A stretch of DNA of 29,965 bases from Candidatus Sigynarchaeum calidifontis (GCA_030587475.2 JAUQYZ020000177.1:1-29965); one strand, 5' to 3'; shown: positions 19,356 to 29,073, counted from the stretch's first letter. Made by a program: numbers and translations. Notes: generated from the letters alone by a model not told the origin.

Positions 19356-21824
19356 CTACGGCATCAAGTTGATGTTTGCGCAGTTCTGGGACACGTGCAC
19401 CTTGGCTGCGGCGAGCGGCGACCCGTCGACCGTGACGGCCGCGGTGGCAGCACCAGCGCCAAGGCCGAGCGAAACGAAATCCAGGTTCCCGTCGTGGATC
19501 GCGATCACGGGAGTCGTGCCGGTCGAGCGCGTGATCCACGTCATCCCGTCGATGACAAGCGACGAGAGATCCCGCGCGAGCACCTGCACGGGCGTCGATT
19601 GCGTCGCGTTGAAGTGAAGCGAAGCGTGTTCGCCCGTCACGGCGAATGTTTTACCTCGATACGCGACACGCAGCGGAACAGTAACAGAAAACCCTTGCCG
19701 GCGCACCACGTGCAGCTCGGCTTGCCCGCCAGGGTGTTCGACTAGGATAACGCTCGCGGGCCTGTTCGTGGCGACGCCATCGTACGATACCCCGCCGATC
19801 GTGAACGGTAACGACGTGACGTTGATACCCACGCTGGTCTCGTGCGGGTACAAGACGGCGAACCACGCCCCGGGCCCGTCCATCTGCCCGATATAGCGGT
19901 AGGTCGTGCATTTTTCGATCACGTTGTAATCCCGGCTCCACCAGCCGAATGGGTGGCCGTATATTGAAGAATCGCCGCCGGAGATGGCCTGCACGCCCGT
20001 CCACGGGCCGAACCCGTACGTGGCGAGGTTGCCGTCAGCAAAATTCGTTTTCATGCAATAATCGTTGCCGACCGGCGTCGTGCCGGGGATGGGTGCCGAC
20101 GCGCTGTCGATGCGCGCCGGGGCATGGAGTGGCAGCTGCCAGAGCACCTCGACCTTGTGGCTGCCGCTACCGTGCCAGAAGTCCGTGGCGATCCAGTACC
20201 GCGATTGATCCGTGGAACCCGATTGGTTCGACAAGATATGAGCCGGATCGTTGCGGAAGTTCACGAACGTGAACTCGCGCTCGGCCAGGGCGCAAAATGC
20301 CGAATGCCACGCCCGCGCGGACGAGCCCGTGCTGCCGCCAGCCCAACCGTGACCAGCAGCGTCTACGAGATACAAATCCTTGCCGTCGACGAGGAACACG
20401 TTGTGCGCGAAAGCACTGCGGAGATAGAGCGACATCTCGTCCGTCGTGTATCTGTACCGGCCCGGGTCGATCAAGAGTCTGCGGCCGAATGCATAGGCCA
20501 TCACGTTGCAGAGATCGTTGTTCTGGTGATAGCCGAAACCAAAGGGGCCGCCATCGAAAAACGAGAACAATGCATCCGGGTCGTTCCAGGACGTGCGGGA
20601 AATGAAGATGCCCGAACTCTCGAAACCCACGTTTAAACGCGGTGGTGGGTTGGACGGGATGACGTTGCCATTGTTATCGAAGTAATCGATCTCCGGGTCT
20701 CCATCATACAGTCTGGAAGCGAAACCGATCAAGCCTTTGCTTGATTCAACGTCTGCATGGCCGTAGGTCGTTACATAGCCGTCAGGCATCGTGTTGTGGA
20801 TCAAAAACACGGACATCTTGCGTCCAGCGTCCAGCAATTTCTGGGGGGCGTTCAAGAAATCGTATGCACGATCCAGATCAATGGCATCCAATACATCACC
20901 CGTCATTACCATGTGATATTCGATACTCTGCTCGTTGGTGCCGCCATCAGGGTACATGGAAAAGCGAACACTTCGATCAAGGCTCGACCAAGCAGCGTCC
21001 ATCCACGGCCGGATCGCAGTGATTTCTGGCAGGAATGACGAGAGCAATAGCAAGCCGGTCATCTCGATGAAGGCCCAGTTCGTGGTGACCTTGTGGAAAT
21101 CGTAGAGAAATTGGCCATGATCGACGAGGCTGGACAGGAATCGATAGCAAAATTCGGGTGTAAACGCGCGAGTCGCCTTGATCAGGTCGAACGCGCGTAT
21201 CAAGATGCCGATGCGGATTGCCGAATCGATCGTGCGCCATGTAAACGCCGCGCCGACGGGTTCGTCATCCAGGAACATGGTATAAACGTCGACGAGAGCT
21301 TCGGCATAATATTCGGCGGTTTCATTGTCAGCGAGGTCGAGATATCCCCGCGATGTTGCTGCAAGCGTCCACATCCACGCGAAACGGTTCACTTGCCACG
21401 TCCATTCTAAATCCTCCTCCCCGGGGGGCACTGCGTGAAAATTTACCCCGCGAACCATGCGACCGTTCACTAGTCGATCTCCCGTGCCGAGGTTGTGCGT
21501 GATGCCGTTGATAGTAAAATCGCGAGCTATACACTTGTCCGCCTCGGCCCGGGCACCAATCCACCCGCCGAGAGGATACATGGGCGGCCATGCCCGGGCT
21601 ACGAACCACGCGTGGAGGGCTATCTTGGCGCCCGTGACGTTCCCGGCGTCCAGCTGCAGCTTCACGGGGGCAAGCTCCGGCCGCGAGTAGTCCAGCAATG
21701 CAAAAAGGTCATCTCCGGCCAGCGTCCCGTTCCCGACGTCCAGGAACGGGATGACGAGCCCGGTGCAAATCCCGACGAGGATCACGATCGCCGGCAGGTG
21801 TTTCTTGATGTCCTTTGCACGCAA
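19356..21824 (-). CDS. Heparinase II/III-family polysaccharide lyase (PL12-like), N-terminally membrane anchored
   Basis: EWTWQVNR, WRTIDSAIR, NWAFIE, PDGGTNEQSIEYH, SRTSW, GPFGFGYH, LIDPGRYRY and AHNVFLVDG. TTG 21824 (RAKDIKKH + hydrophobic helix) avoids overlap with the upstream gene. Confidence 0.88.
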   Translation of the reverse strand: MRAKDIKKHLPAIVILVGICTGLVIPFLDVGNGTLAGDDLFALLDYSRPELAPVKLQLDAGNVTGAKIALHAWFVARAWPPMYPLGGWIGARAEADKCIARDFTINGITHNLGTGDRLVNGRMVRGVNFHAVPPGEEDLEWTWQVNRFAWMWTLAATSRGYLDLADNETAEYYAEALVDVYTMFLDDEPVGAAFTWRTIDSAIRIGILIRAFDLIKATRAFTPEFCYRFLSSLVDHGQFLYDFHKVTTNWAFIEMTGLLLLSSFLPEITAIRPWMDAAWSSLDRSVRFSMYPDGGTNEQSIEYHMVMTGDVLDAIDLDRAYDFLNAPQKLLDAGRKMSVFLIHNTMPDGYVTTYGHADVESSKGLIGFASRLYDGDPEIDYFDNNGNVIPSNPPPRLNVGFESSGIFISRTSWNDPDALFSFFDGGPFGFGYHQNNDLCNVMAYAFGRRLLIDPGRYRYTTDEMSLYLRSAFAHNVFLVDGKDLYLVDAAGHGWAGGSTGSSARAWHSAFCALAEREFTFVNFRNDPAHILSNQSGSTDQSRYWIATDFWHGSGSHKVEVLWQLPLHAPARIDSASAPIPGTTPVGNDYCMKTNFADGNLATYGFGPWTGVQAISGGDSSIYGHPFGWWSRDYNVIEKCTTYRYIGQMDGPGAWFAVLYPHETSVGINVTSLPFTIGGVSYDGVATNRPASVILVEHPGGQAELHVVRRQGFSVTVPLRVAYRGKTFAVTGEHASLHFNATQSTPVQVLARDLSSLVIDGMTWITRSTGTTPVIAIHDGNLDFVSLGLGAGAATAAVTVDGSPLAAAKVHVSQNCANINLMP

Positions 21825-21838
21825 GTGGTGCCAACCCC

Positions 21839-22750
21839 TTATTCGAAGCCAATCTTGAATTCCTTGAGCATGGCGATCAAGTTGTGCACGCACTTTGCCG
21901 CGTCGTTGAATTTGTTATCACCATGGACGTGTGGCTCTACCGAGAGAATGCCATCAAAGCCCTTTTCGACGAACCACGGCAGCACTTCTTTCCATGGCAC
22001 CATGCCCGTGCCGAAGACGGCGGCCTTGCTCCCGAAAAGCTTTTTCAAGATGCCCTTCGTGAGTAGCCCTTTCTTCCTGAATATTCGATCCTTGACGTGG
22101 AAATACTCGATATGGGGAAAGAGCTTGTCAAAGTCGTCGCGCGTGAAGACGCCGGCATGACTAATGAAGTTTGCGAGGTCGAGATTTGCTTTCAAGTTTG
22201 GCGATTTGAAATGATCGAATAACCGCAAGTACGTCGCCGTGTCGCCGACCAGCGTGTCGCCCTCGCATTCGACGACCATGACCTTCTTTGCAGCTTCGCA
22301 CTTCTCGACAAGCCTGGCATAGTCTTCGAAGAGCATCTGCCAGTATTTTTCGGTCAATTTCTTCGGGATCGTGAAGTTGAAATAAGAATACGTGACGATG
22401 AACTTCGTGTCGAATTCTTTCGCGCAGCGAATTGCGTCATCGATCCTGCCCACGTTGAACGGGTGGTCACGGTTCATTATTTTCGATCCTGGTTTTGTTA
22501 ATTTCGTGCCCGTTGGGATGACCTTCATGATCTGGGTCTGGATGGATCCGATCTTGATGCCCCGCGTATCGAGTGTTTCGTGGAGCTTCGCGATCTCGGC
22601 CTCGTTCAAGTCGAGGATGGATTTTCCCCAGAGATACGCTATCTCGATGTACTTGACGCCTTCCTTGGCGCAAACTTCATCCAGGACGGCCTCAAAACCC
22701 TTGCCTTCGACGTAAAAATCGTTCGGAATCAACGCAACCTTGACAGCCAT
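21839..22750 (-). CDS. Sugar phosphate isomerase/epimerase (xylose-isomerase-like / AP-endonuclease-2 TIM barrel)
   Basis: Metal ligands in VVECE, NLDLAN, FHVKD, G-x-G-x-VPW and LSVEPH. Confidence 0.88.
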   Translation of the reverse strand: MAVKVALIPNDFYVEGKGFEAVLDEVCAKEGVKYIEIAYLWGKSILDLNEAEIAKLHETLDTRGIKIGSIQTQIMKVIPTGTKLTKPGSKIMNRDHPFNVGRIDDAIRCAKEFDTKFIVTYSYFNFTIPKKLTEKYWQMLFEDYARLVEKCEAAKKVMVVECEGDTLVGDTATYLRLFDHFKSPNLKANLDLANFISHAGVFTRDDFDKLFPHIEYFHVKDRIFRKKGLLTKGILKKLFGSKAAVFGTGMVPWKEVLPWFVEKGFDGILSVEPHVHGDNKFNDAAKCVHNLIAMLKEFKIGFE

Positions 22751-22774
22751 GAATTCACGGTCACGCCAGGCAGT

Positions 22775-22783
22775 AATAAGTAT
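22775..22783 (-). promoter_or_regulatory. TATA-like element ATACTTATT
   Basis: Ends 25 nt before ATG 22750. Confidence 0.55.
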
Positions 22784-22850
22784 TGCCAGTAGGTGGCCCC
22801 CTCCAAGTTTAGTTGAAATCTTTCATTGCGTAGGATCAAGTGAGCGACCG

Positions 22851-24260
22851 ATGGAAGGAAGCGGGCGGGGCGTGCTGCGGCGGGCGTGGGTCTTGCTGTG
22901 GTGGAACGCGAGCGTCTCGTTCCTGGTTTCCGCGGAATTCATCAACTTGCTCGTCATGTCCTACAAGATCTGGCCCGGAGAGCCTTTTCACGCGCTCGAG
23001 ATGGGCGGGCTCATCACTGCAAGGCTATGGATGGACGGGATCGCGGCCGTTCTTTTATGGGGCCCGTTGGCAGACCGCTTCGACCGGCGCAAGCTGCACA
23101 TGTTCAACAGCGCGGTGACCGGCTCGCTCGTTCTGGTCAATGCTTTCCTCCCCATTGGCGGCGGTTTCTCGTCCTATTACGCATGGCTCGCCCTCCGGAT
23201 GGTGATCGGCGGGTTCATGAGCGGCGGCGGCCCCCTCGGCAATTCGCTGAGCAGCGACATCGCCAAGTCCGGGGAAAAATCGCAATATTTCGGGTACTCC
23301 TCTATCGTGTGGCAAGTCGTGCAGATCGGCAGCATGATCTTGAGCGCCTTCATGTTCTCGACGGGGGAGCTGTGGCGCCTCTTCTTCGTGATTTCCGCGG
23401 GGATGTTTTTCGGCATGACTTTTTTCCTCGGTTTTTTCTTCAAGGAGCCGGCCCGCGCGGCGACTCACGATTCCTTCACCAAGATCCTCGGGAACACGGC
23501 TGGCGTTAAATACAACTACCGGCTCACGCGGGACACGGTCAAGGACACGATCTTCCGCCCCACGAACATCCTTGCCTTCAGCGAGGGTATTTTCACGAGC
23601 ATTCTCTTCGGCATCATCGATCTCATTTGGCTACCCTACATCCAATCTCCACCGCGTAATATTTCCCCCGTCGCCACGAGCCTCTTCATGTTGGTCTACG
23701 GGGTGCCCGGCGCCATCCTCGGATCCTACGTGTTTGCCAAGATCTCCGATAAATACGGCGCCAAGCGGTTGCGTAACCGCGTTCTCATCATCGCGTCCTC
23801 GCTGCTCGGGTCTGTCGTGCTCATCCTCACAGCCTTCTCGCTCCCTTTACCGACTTTTACCCCGGAGGAGGGCGCCGACATCTCGATGTTGTTTGCATAC
23901 CCGGTCTTCGCCGTGTTCGGCGCGCTCATGCTCGTCATGCGCGCCACGTTCAGCATCTTCGGGGTCAACCAGCCCCCGATCCTGCAAGAGATCAACCTGC
24001 CCGAGGCGCAGGGCCAGATCGCGTCGCTCGGCCAGCTCGTCGAGATCTTCTCGTATGGCTCTGGCCCGCTGCTCGCCGGTGCCGTGCTCGTGGCCTTCTC
24101 GTACGAGTACCAGGCGGCCATCCAGGTCGTTTCGCTCGTCGCCATGCCGGGCATTTGCATGTGGTTCCTCGCGGTGATCTGGGTCGAAAAGGACCAGGCC
24201 CGCATCAAGCGCATCGTCGAAGCACGAGCCAAGGAGCTCAAGAGCCGGGTAGGGCAATAA
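22851..24260 (+). CDS. MFS transporter
   Basis: Motif A WGPLADRFDRRK, LRMVIG and a second repeat ISDKYG; about 12 TM. ATG 22851 avoids overlap with the divergent gene. Confidence 0.9.
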   Translation: MEGSGRGVLRRAWVLLWWNASVSFLVSAEFINLLVMSYKIWPGEPFHALEMGGLITARLWMDGIAAVLLWGPLADRFDRRKLHMFNSAVTGSLVLVNAFLPIGGGFSSYYAWLALRMVIGGFMSGGGPLGNSLSSDIAKSGEKSQYFGYSSIVWQVVQIGSMILSAFMFSTGELWRLFFVISAGMFFGMTFFLGFFFKEPARAATHDSFTKILGNTAGVKYNYRLTRDTVKDTIFRPTNILAFSEGIFTSILFGIIDLIWLPYIQSPPRNISPVATSLFMLVYGVPGAILGSYVFAKISDKYGAKRLRNRVLIIASSLLGSVVLILTAFSLPLPTFTPEEGADISMLFAYPVFAVFGALMLVMRATFSIFGVNQPPILQEINLPEAQGQIASLGQLVEIFSYGSGPLLAGAVLVAFSYEYQAAIQVVSLVAMPGICMWFLAVIWVEKDQARIKRIVEARAKELKSRVGQ

Positions 24261-24295
24261 TATGGTCAGGGACGTATTGATTTTCTTGACAACCA

Positions 24296-25699
24296 ATGGA
24301 TGATATCGAGATATCTAAGCTATGCGAGAGCGGCGAGGCTGGCGGCCGGATCGGCATGAAGGAGAAACTCGCCTACTTCTCCGTAAACATCGGGAACATC
24401 CCGATCATGACCTTGATCAGTAGCTTCTTGCTCATCTTCTATACTGACATCGCCGGGCTCGATCCTGCATCGGTGGCGACCATGTTCATCGTCACGAGGG
24501 TGCTGGATGGCATCAACGATCCCCTTATGGGGTACATAGTCGATCACCTCCCGAATACCAAGTGGGGCCGGTTCCGGCCTTACATCGTCATCGGTACCAT
24601 CATTTGCGGGTTGAACTATCTCCTCCTCTGGCTCGGGCCGAGCATGGCAACATCTAACAAGCTCGCCATTGCCTACGTGTCGTACATCTTGATCGGCATA
24701 ACGTTCGACTTGATGGACGTCCCGCTGAATTCCCTCATCCCCGTGATGAGCGCGAACGAGAAAGAGCGCGGCACGCTGGCGGTGATCAAGAGCTTGGGGT
24801 ACGGGATTGGCGGGGTCTTGTTCACGATCCCGATCGTCCCGCTCGTGCTGGCGTTTCCCACGCAACAACTTGGCTATCATGCCGTGATCATCATCGCGGT
24901 CGCGTTCACGATAGGATTCAGCGCCATCGGGACCGCGGGGATCAAGGAGCGGGTCAAGCCCGCCATCAAGGAGCGATATAATGTTAAAGATTTTTTCAAG
25001 ATATTCGCCTTGACACCTGTACTTGGCCTTTTTTTTACGAGCCTGCTCGGGAGCATAGCCGGGGCATCGACCAGCGCGTCAGCCATGTATTACTTTACCT
25101 ACGTCGTGGAGAATTCGTCTTTGTTCCCGATTTTCGCAATCATCACGGTTCTTTTTGGCGGGGTGGGGTTTTTTCTCGCCATCTACTTGATCCGCAAGCT
25201 CGGAAACAAGAGCATCTGGTTATATGGCACGATATTCACGATCATCCCGGTCATCCCCGTGCTCTTCATTCCCCCCGCCGAGACGTGGTGGGCACTTTTT
25301 TTCCTTGGCGTGAGCCGGATCGGTGCTGGTTTTGCCGGGGTCGTGAATTACGCGATGCAAGCCGACTTGATGGATTATGTCGAATGGAAACGGGGCTTCA
25401 GGTCCGAGGGCGCCATCGCGTCCACGTTCTCCTTCATCGTGAAGGCCGGCATGGGCATCGGGGCGGCGATCCCGGGGTATATCTTCGCCGCCACGGGGTA
25501 CGTCCCGGACCTGCACCCCCAAGCACCGCTCGCCATCCTCGGCATCAACGTAGCGTTCATCGGGTTCCCGCTGGTCCTCACGATCGTGTCAGTGTTTTGC
25601 ATGCTGTTCTTGTATCCCATCACCAAGACGGTAAGCAAGCAGGTCCAGGCAGACCTGGCCAAGAAGCGAGAGGGGGCAAGAAACGTGTCGTTCTCCTGA
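24296..25699 (+). CDS. Glycoside-pentoside-hexuronide (GPH/MelB-like) cation symporter
   Basis: FLLIFYTD, RVLDGINDPLMGYIVD, TKWGRFRPY, ADLMDYVEWKRGFRSEG and YPIT. Confidence 0.93.
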   Translation: MDDIEISKLCESGEAGGRIGMKEKLAYFSVNIGNIPIMTLISSFLLIFYTDIAGLDPASVATMFIVTRVLDGINDPLMGYIVDHLPNTKWGRFRPYIVIGTIICGLNYLLLWLGPSMATSNKLAIAYVSYILIGITFDLMDVPLNSLIPVMSANEKERGTLAVIKSLGYGIGGVLFTIPIVPLVLAFPTQQLGYHAVIIIAVAFTIGFSAIGTAGIKERVKPAIKERYNVKDFFKIFALTPVLGLFFTSLLGSIAGASTSASAMYYFTYVVENSSLFPIFAIITVLFGGVGFFLAIYLIRKLGNKSIWLYGTIFTIIPVIPVLFIPPAETWWALFFLGVSRIGAGFAGVVNYAMQADLMDYVEWKRGFRSEGAIASTFSFIVKAGMGIGAAIPGYIFAATGYVPDLHPQAPLAILGINVAFIGFPLVLTIVSVFCMLFLYPITKTVSKQVQADLAKKREGARNVSFS

Positions 25700-25774
25700 A
25701 CAGCGGCATGTCATGATCCAGCCGGTGCAAGCCGAACATGCGCGCTGCCGTCCGACTTCTGGTTGAATAAATCC

Positions 25775-25784
25775 GAGTTTAAAA
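25775..25784 (+). promoter_or_regulatory. TATA box
   Basis: GAGTTTAAAA about 24 nt before ATG 25807. Confidence 0.55.
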
Positions 25785-25806
25785 CGACCGCGAACTAGGG
25801 AAGATT

Positions 25807-27621
25807 ATGGAGTTGTACATGCGGAAAGCATCGTCATTTTGTACCGTCGCGTGCCTGGCGCTCTTGGCTTGCTTGGCAATCTTCTCGTCCTCGGTGAACA
25901 CACGTGACGGCCAGCCCAGCAACATGATGGCTGCAAACACGAACCAAAGTCTCCTTGATCCTTCCGGGATAGACATCTACGGGTACAACGTTTTCTGGTT
26001 CTTGCACGTGACCGATTCGCAAGAATGCTGGTTATACGGGGCAGCGGCAAAGGATCCGCGCCTTTCGCACCAGTATTTCTTGCTGTTGAACGAGACTGCC
26101 CGCGTGATCGCGCCCGAGTTCGTCGTCAACACGGGTGATCTCGTGAACACGAACGACAACAACATCCTTGCCGACAATCTCGGCCAGGACGACATCGAAT
26201 GGGCAATGTACCGGAACGCGACCGACTCGGCCGGTGCGAACTTGTCCTGGTATATCGACCTCACGGGAAACCATGACCAGTATGGAGACCCGGGGATGCC
26301 TCACTACCTAGCCAACTCGGTGCTCGGCCGCGAGACTGGGCAATACCACCACGCATGGAACGTGAACACGAGCGCGGGCAAGTACCGCTTTGTGGGGTTA
26401 AAGAGCACGGAAGGAGACGGCGTGGATTACCAATTCGCGGTGTTCGGGATCATCAACCGGGCGGAAATGGATTATTACGAGGGTGCGTTAAAAGGTGGCG
26501 TCGGCTCGCCGGTCACGTTCCTCCTCCAGCACCACCCCCCCTACAACTTCGTCGCCGAGCCAGCGAGCTCGGGGCGAACCTTCGAGTCACTCGCCAATGA
26601 TTACGGCGTCGACGTGCTCTTGTGCGGCCATAACCACGTGGAAAGCATCGATTACATGCCACAAGCGAACGGAATCCGGGCGATACAGACGCCCGCGTTC
26701 CACAAGGGTCGCGGGACGTACCGGATCGTGGCGGTGGACCGGGGTGCCTTGTCGTCCGAACTGGGTCTCGTGGGCCAGTGGCCACAAGGGCTCATAACGA
26801 GCCCGATCGCGTCCGACCACGTGTACGGCGATTATCTCGAAACCCCGCACGCCCCTCCTAGCGCCGTTCGCGTGCTCGCGTGGGATGCGGCGGGCGTGAC
26901 CGGCGTGCAGGTGCGGATCGATGGTGGCTCGTGGCAAAATGCCATGCAAGTGGCCGGTCCCTTGTGGGAGCTCGTGTTAACGGGGAGCGTGCCAGCCAAG
27001 ATGCATGTCGAAGCGCGCATCGCGGGAGCGTCGGGCGTGAAGGTCGTCTCGATCGACTACGATGCCAACGCGACGCCCGGCTGGACGTGGTTCCACACGA
27101 TGCTGCTTCTCTATGCGGGGGTGCCAGCATTCATCGGCGTGTGCATCGCGTTCACGCTCGTGCGCAGGTTCAAGAATCCCGCGAAATATGGCAAGGCGGA
27201 AAACAAGCGGGTTGACCGGGGCAAGCTCAAGCTGTTCTTGATCTTCTGCGCGATTTTCGTGGCAGTACCGCTGGTTATGGGCAACATGTTCGGCGATCCG
27301 ACCCTCTTGTTTGCCCTGGGTTTCGTCCGGCTCCGGACGCTATCGACGCACTTCACGTGGCTTCTATTTTCCATCACGGGCGTTCATTTCTTGGTGTCAA
27401 TCCTCCCGGTCGGCTGCACGCTGTCCAAAGAACACTGGCACAAGAACATCGTTGCCAATGGCATTTCCATGGCATTCACCGGGCTGCTATTCGTCCTGGT
27501 CAACTGCATCTATCCTGGCATTGCCTTGATCGCGCCCGGCTGGTACATGATGCTCGCTTGCAATGTCTTGTTCATAAAACATTCCAAGCAGATGGAGAGA
27601 TCGCTGAAAAACGGGTCGTGA
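25807..27621 (+). CDS. TMEM62-like membrane metallophosphoesterase (calcineurin-like domain, Ig-like domain, C-terminal TM bundle)
   Basis: VTDSQ, TGDL, GNHD, QHH and CGHNH motifs, with TMEM62-type flanks (NVFWFL, QDDIEW, YRIVAVD, WPQGLITSP, VRVLAW, RIDG, VAGP). Signal/anchor helix and about 5 C-terminal helices. Confidence 0.85.
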   Translation: MELYMRKASSFCTVACLALLACLAIFSSSVNTRDGQPSNMMAANTNQSLLDPSGIDIYGYNVFWFLHVTDSQECWLYGAAAKDPRLSHQYFLLLNETARVIAPEFVVNTGDLVNTNDNNILADNLGQDDIEWAMYRNATDSAGANLSWYIDLTGNHDQYGDPGMPHYLANSVLGRETGQYHHAWNVNTSAGKYRFVGLKSTEGDGVDYQFAVFGIINRAEMDYYEGALKGGVGSPVTFLLQHHPPYNFVAEPASSGRTFESLANDYGVDVLLCGHNHVESIDYMPQANGIRAIQTPAFHKGRGTYRIVAVDRGALSSELGLVGQWPQGLITSPIASDHVYGDYLETPHAPPSAVRVLAWDAAGVTGVQVRIDGGSWQNAMQVAGPLWELVLTGSVPAKMHVEARIAGASGVKVVSIDYDANATPGWTWFHTMLLLYAGVPAFIGVCIAFTLVRRFKNPAKYGKAENKRVDRGKLKLFLIFCAIFVAVPLVMGNMFGDPTLLFALGFVRLRTLSTHFTWLLFSITGVHFLVSILPVGCTLSKEHWHKNIVANGISMAFTGLLFVLVNCIYPGIALIAPGWYMMLACNVLFIKHSKQMERSLKNGS

Positions 27622-27705
27622 TAGATCGACTCTTTTGATTTTTATCGAAAATTTCATGTAAAATAATTCGAGCGAATAAACGTTAACGATTTGCACGTGT
27701 TTCTC

Positions 27706-29073
27706 TTACGACATTTTTTTCAATGTCTCCTTGAAAATGTCGTACATGTATCTACCATATAATGCATCGAAAGAAAAAAACTTTTCATAACCCCCTTCCA
27801 CGTAGAAATTCCACGGGTAAATATAGCCGCATGTTTCATTCATCTGGGAAAATATATATTTGCCAGAAGGGACATGCTTGAATATATTCTCCTGATACGT
27901 GATGAAGGGCTCCCCCGGGCTCGAAAACCAGTACACGTCGTTGATGCGCGCCACGAATAGCTCCGTTTGGTGATACGTGCGGCGGCCATTCGTGACGATG
28001 TTAAGCATGGGGAGGTACCTGCCGTTGAGAAACCGGTAGAAGTCGTGGAATAACCCGACCCGCAGCATGTCCCTGAACTCGCGCAGCAAGATGCGGCCCT
28101 TGTCCTTGACCCTGGGGTAATGCTTGAGGCGTCCCCAGACAGACTTCACGCGGCCGATCCGGGGAAAGATGAACCGCCGCCGGACGTCGACGGATATCAC
28201 GGGCTCGACCGGCACGGTGTCGATGGCATTAGTGACAAGATCGGCGAACCGTTTCCCGAGATCGTCGACCACCTTGAGCGCGTAGGCCATGGCATCCTCG
28301 TGCGTCGCGTGGTGGTGATAGCGCGCGGCATAGTACCCCTTGTACCCGTGGATGGTCACGTCGCCAGCTGCGCCGTTAAAATAGGCAGCGAACTTCAAGT
28401 CTGGATACCGGGCATATAACGCTTTTGCAACCATGCCCGGGTACTCGGGATGGACGTTCGCGTTGTTACCTGGAAGCTGTGTCGGGTGGGCCTGGTAGTT
28501 CACAATAATGCCGACCAGCTTCCCTTGTTTATCTGTAACCTTGAGGAAGCGAATCGGGTCGGTGATGGGCTTGTACGGAGGCCGGCGCTGGATCGCTAGG
28601 AATGGCTCAGGGATTGCTGTCGTTCCGTAGCCCACCATCGCCTCGGTCGCATCATTGAACGCGTTCACGCCTGCCCGGATCATGTGGCGCATGATATACC
28701 TGATAACGTCGTATTGAACATCGAACGTGAGCAGATTGGCGAGCCGGTTTGGGAAAATGCCGATCGTGTCCGGAGACGAGTGGCTGTGCGTGAAGTGGAG
28801 GATGATGCGGGACACGGGCACCCCCGTCCTGCGTGAAATCGCACGCCGCACGAGGCGGGCGATTCGATACTGGAATCCAACGAGATCGACCGAGATGATG
28901 ATGAGACTCCGCGCCGGGTCATCGGGGTGCCGGAAACATATCGCCCGGGCGAATAAAAAATCCAGCACCTTCTCCGACACCTTGTGGAGCCGGATGTAAC
29001 CGCCCACGCGCACGTCGAGGTCGAGCGGCGGCGTGATGTTCGTCGTGGCGAACCCGATACGATATGCGCACAT
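27706..29073 (-). CDS. Neutral/alkaline ceramidase-like metal-dependent amidohydrolase
   Basis: GFATTNITPP...GGY, D-x-LFARA, ISVDL, THSHSSP, NYQAHPT, FNGAAGDV, PGEPF and GGYE. Start placed at MCAY (29073), with TTTATC 24 nt upstream; no signal peptide. Confidence 0.85.
   Translation of the reverse strand: MCAYRIGFATTNITPPLDLDVRVGGYIRLHKVSEKVLDFLFARAICFRHPDDPARSLIIISVDLVGFQYRIARLVRRAISRRTGVPVSRIILHFTHSHSSPDTIGIFPNRLANLLTFDVQYDVIRYIMRHMIRAGVNAFNDATEAMVGYGTTAIPEPFLAIQRRPPYKPITDPIRFLKVTDKQGKLVGIIVNYQAHPTQLPGNNANVHPEYPGMVAKALYARYPDLKFAAYFNGAAGDVTIHGYKGYYAARYHHHATHEDAMAYALKVVDDLGKRFADLVTNAIDTVPVEPVISVDVRRRFIFPRIGRVKSVWGRLKHYPRVKDKGRILLREFRDMLRVGLFHDFYRFLNGRYLPMLNIVTNGRRTYHQTELFVARINDVYWFSSPGEPFITYQENIFKHVPSGKYIFSQMNETCGYIYPWNFYVEGGYEKFFSFDALYGRYMYDIFKETLKKMS

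Noticed and set aside
21825-21893. Longer start of the lyase ORF (also 22740 for the MFS gene and 6256 for the ACT gene)
   Set aside because: These extensions overlap neighbouring genes or promoter regions and lack family-like sequence.
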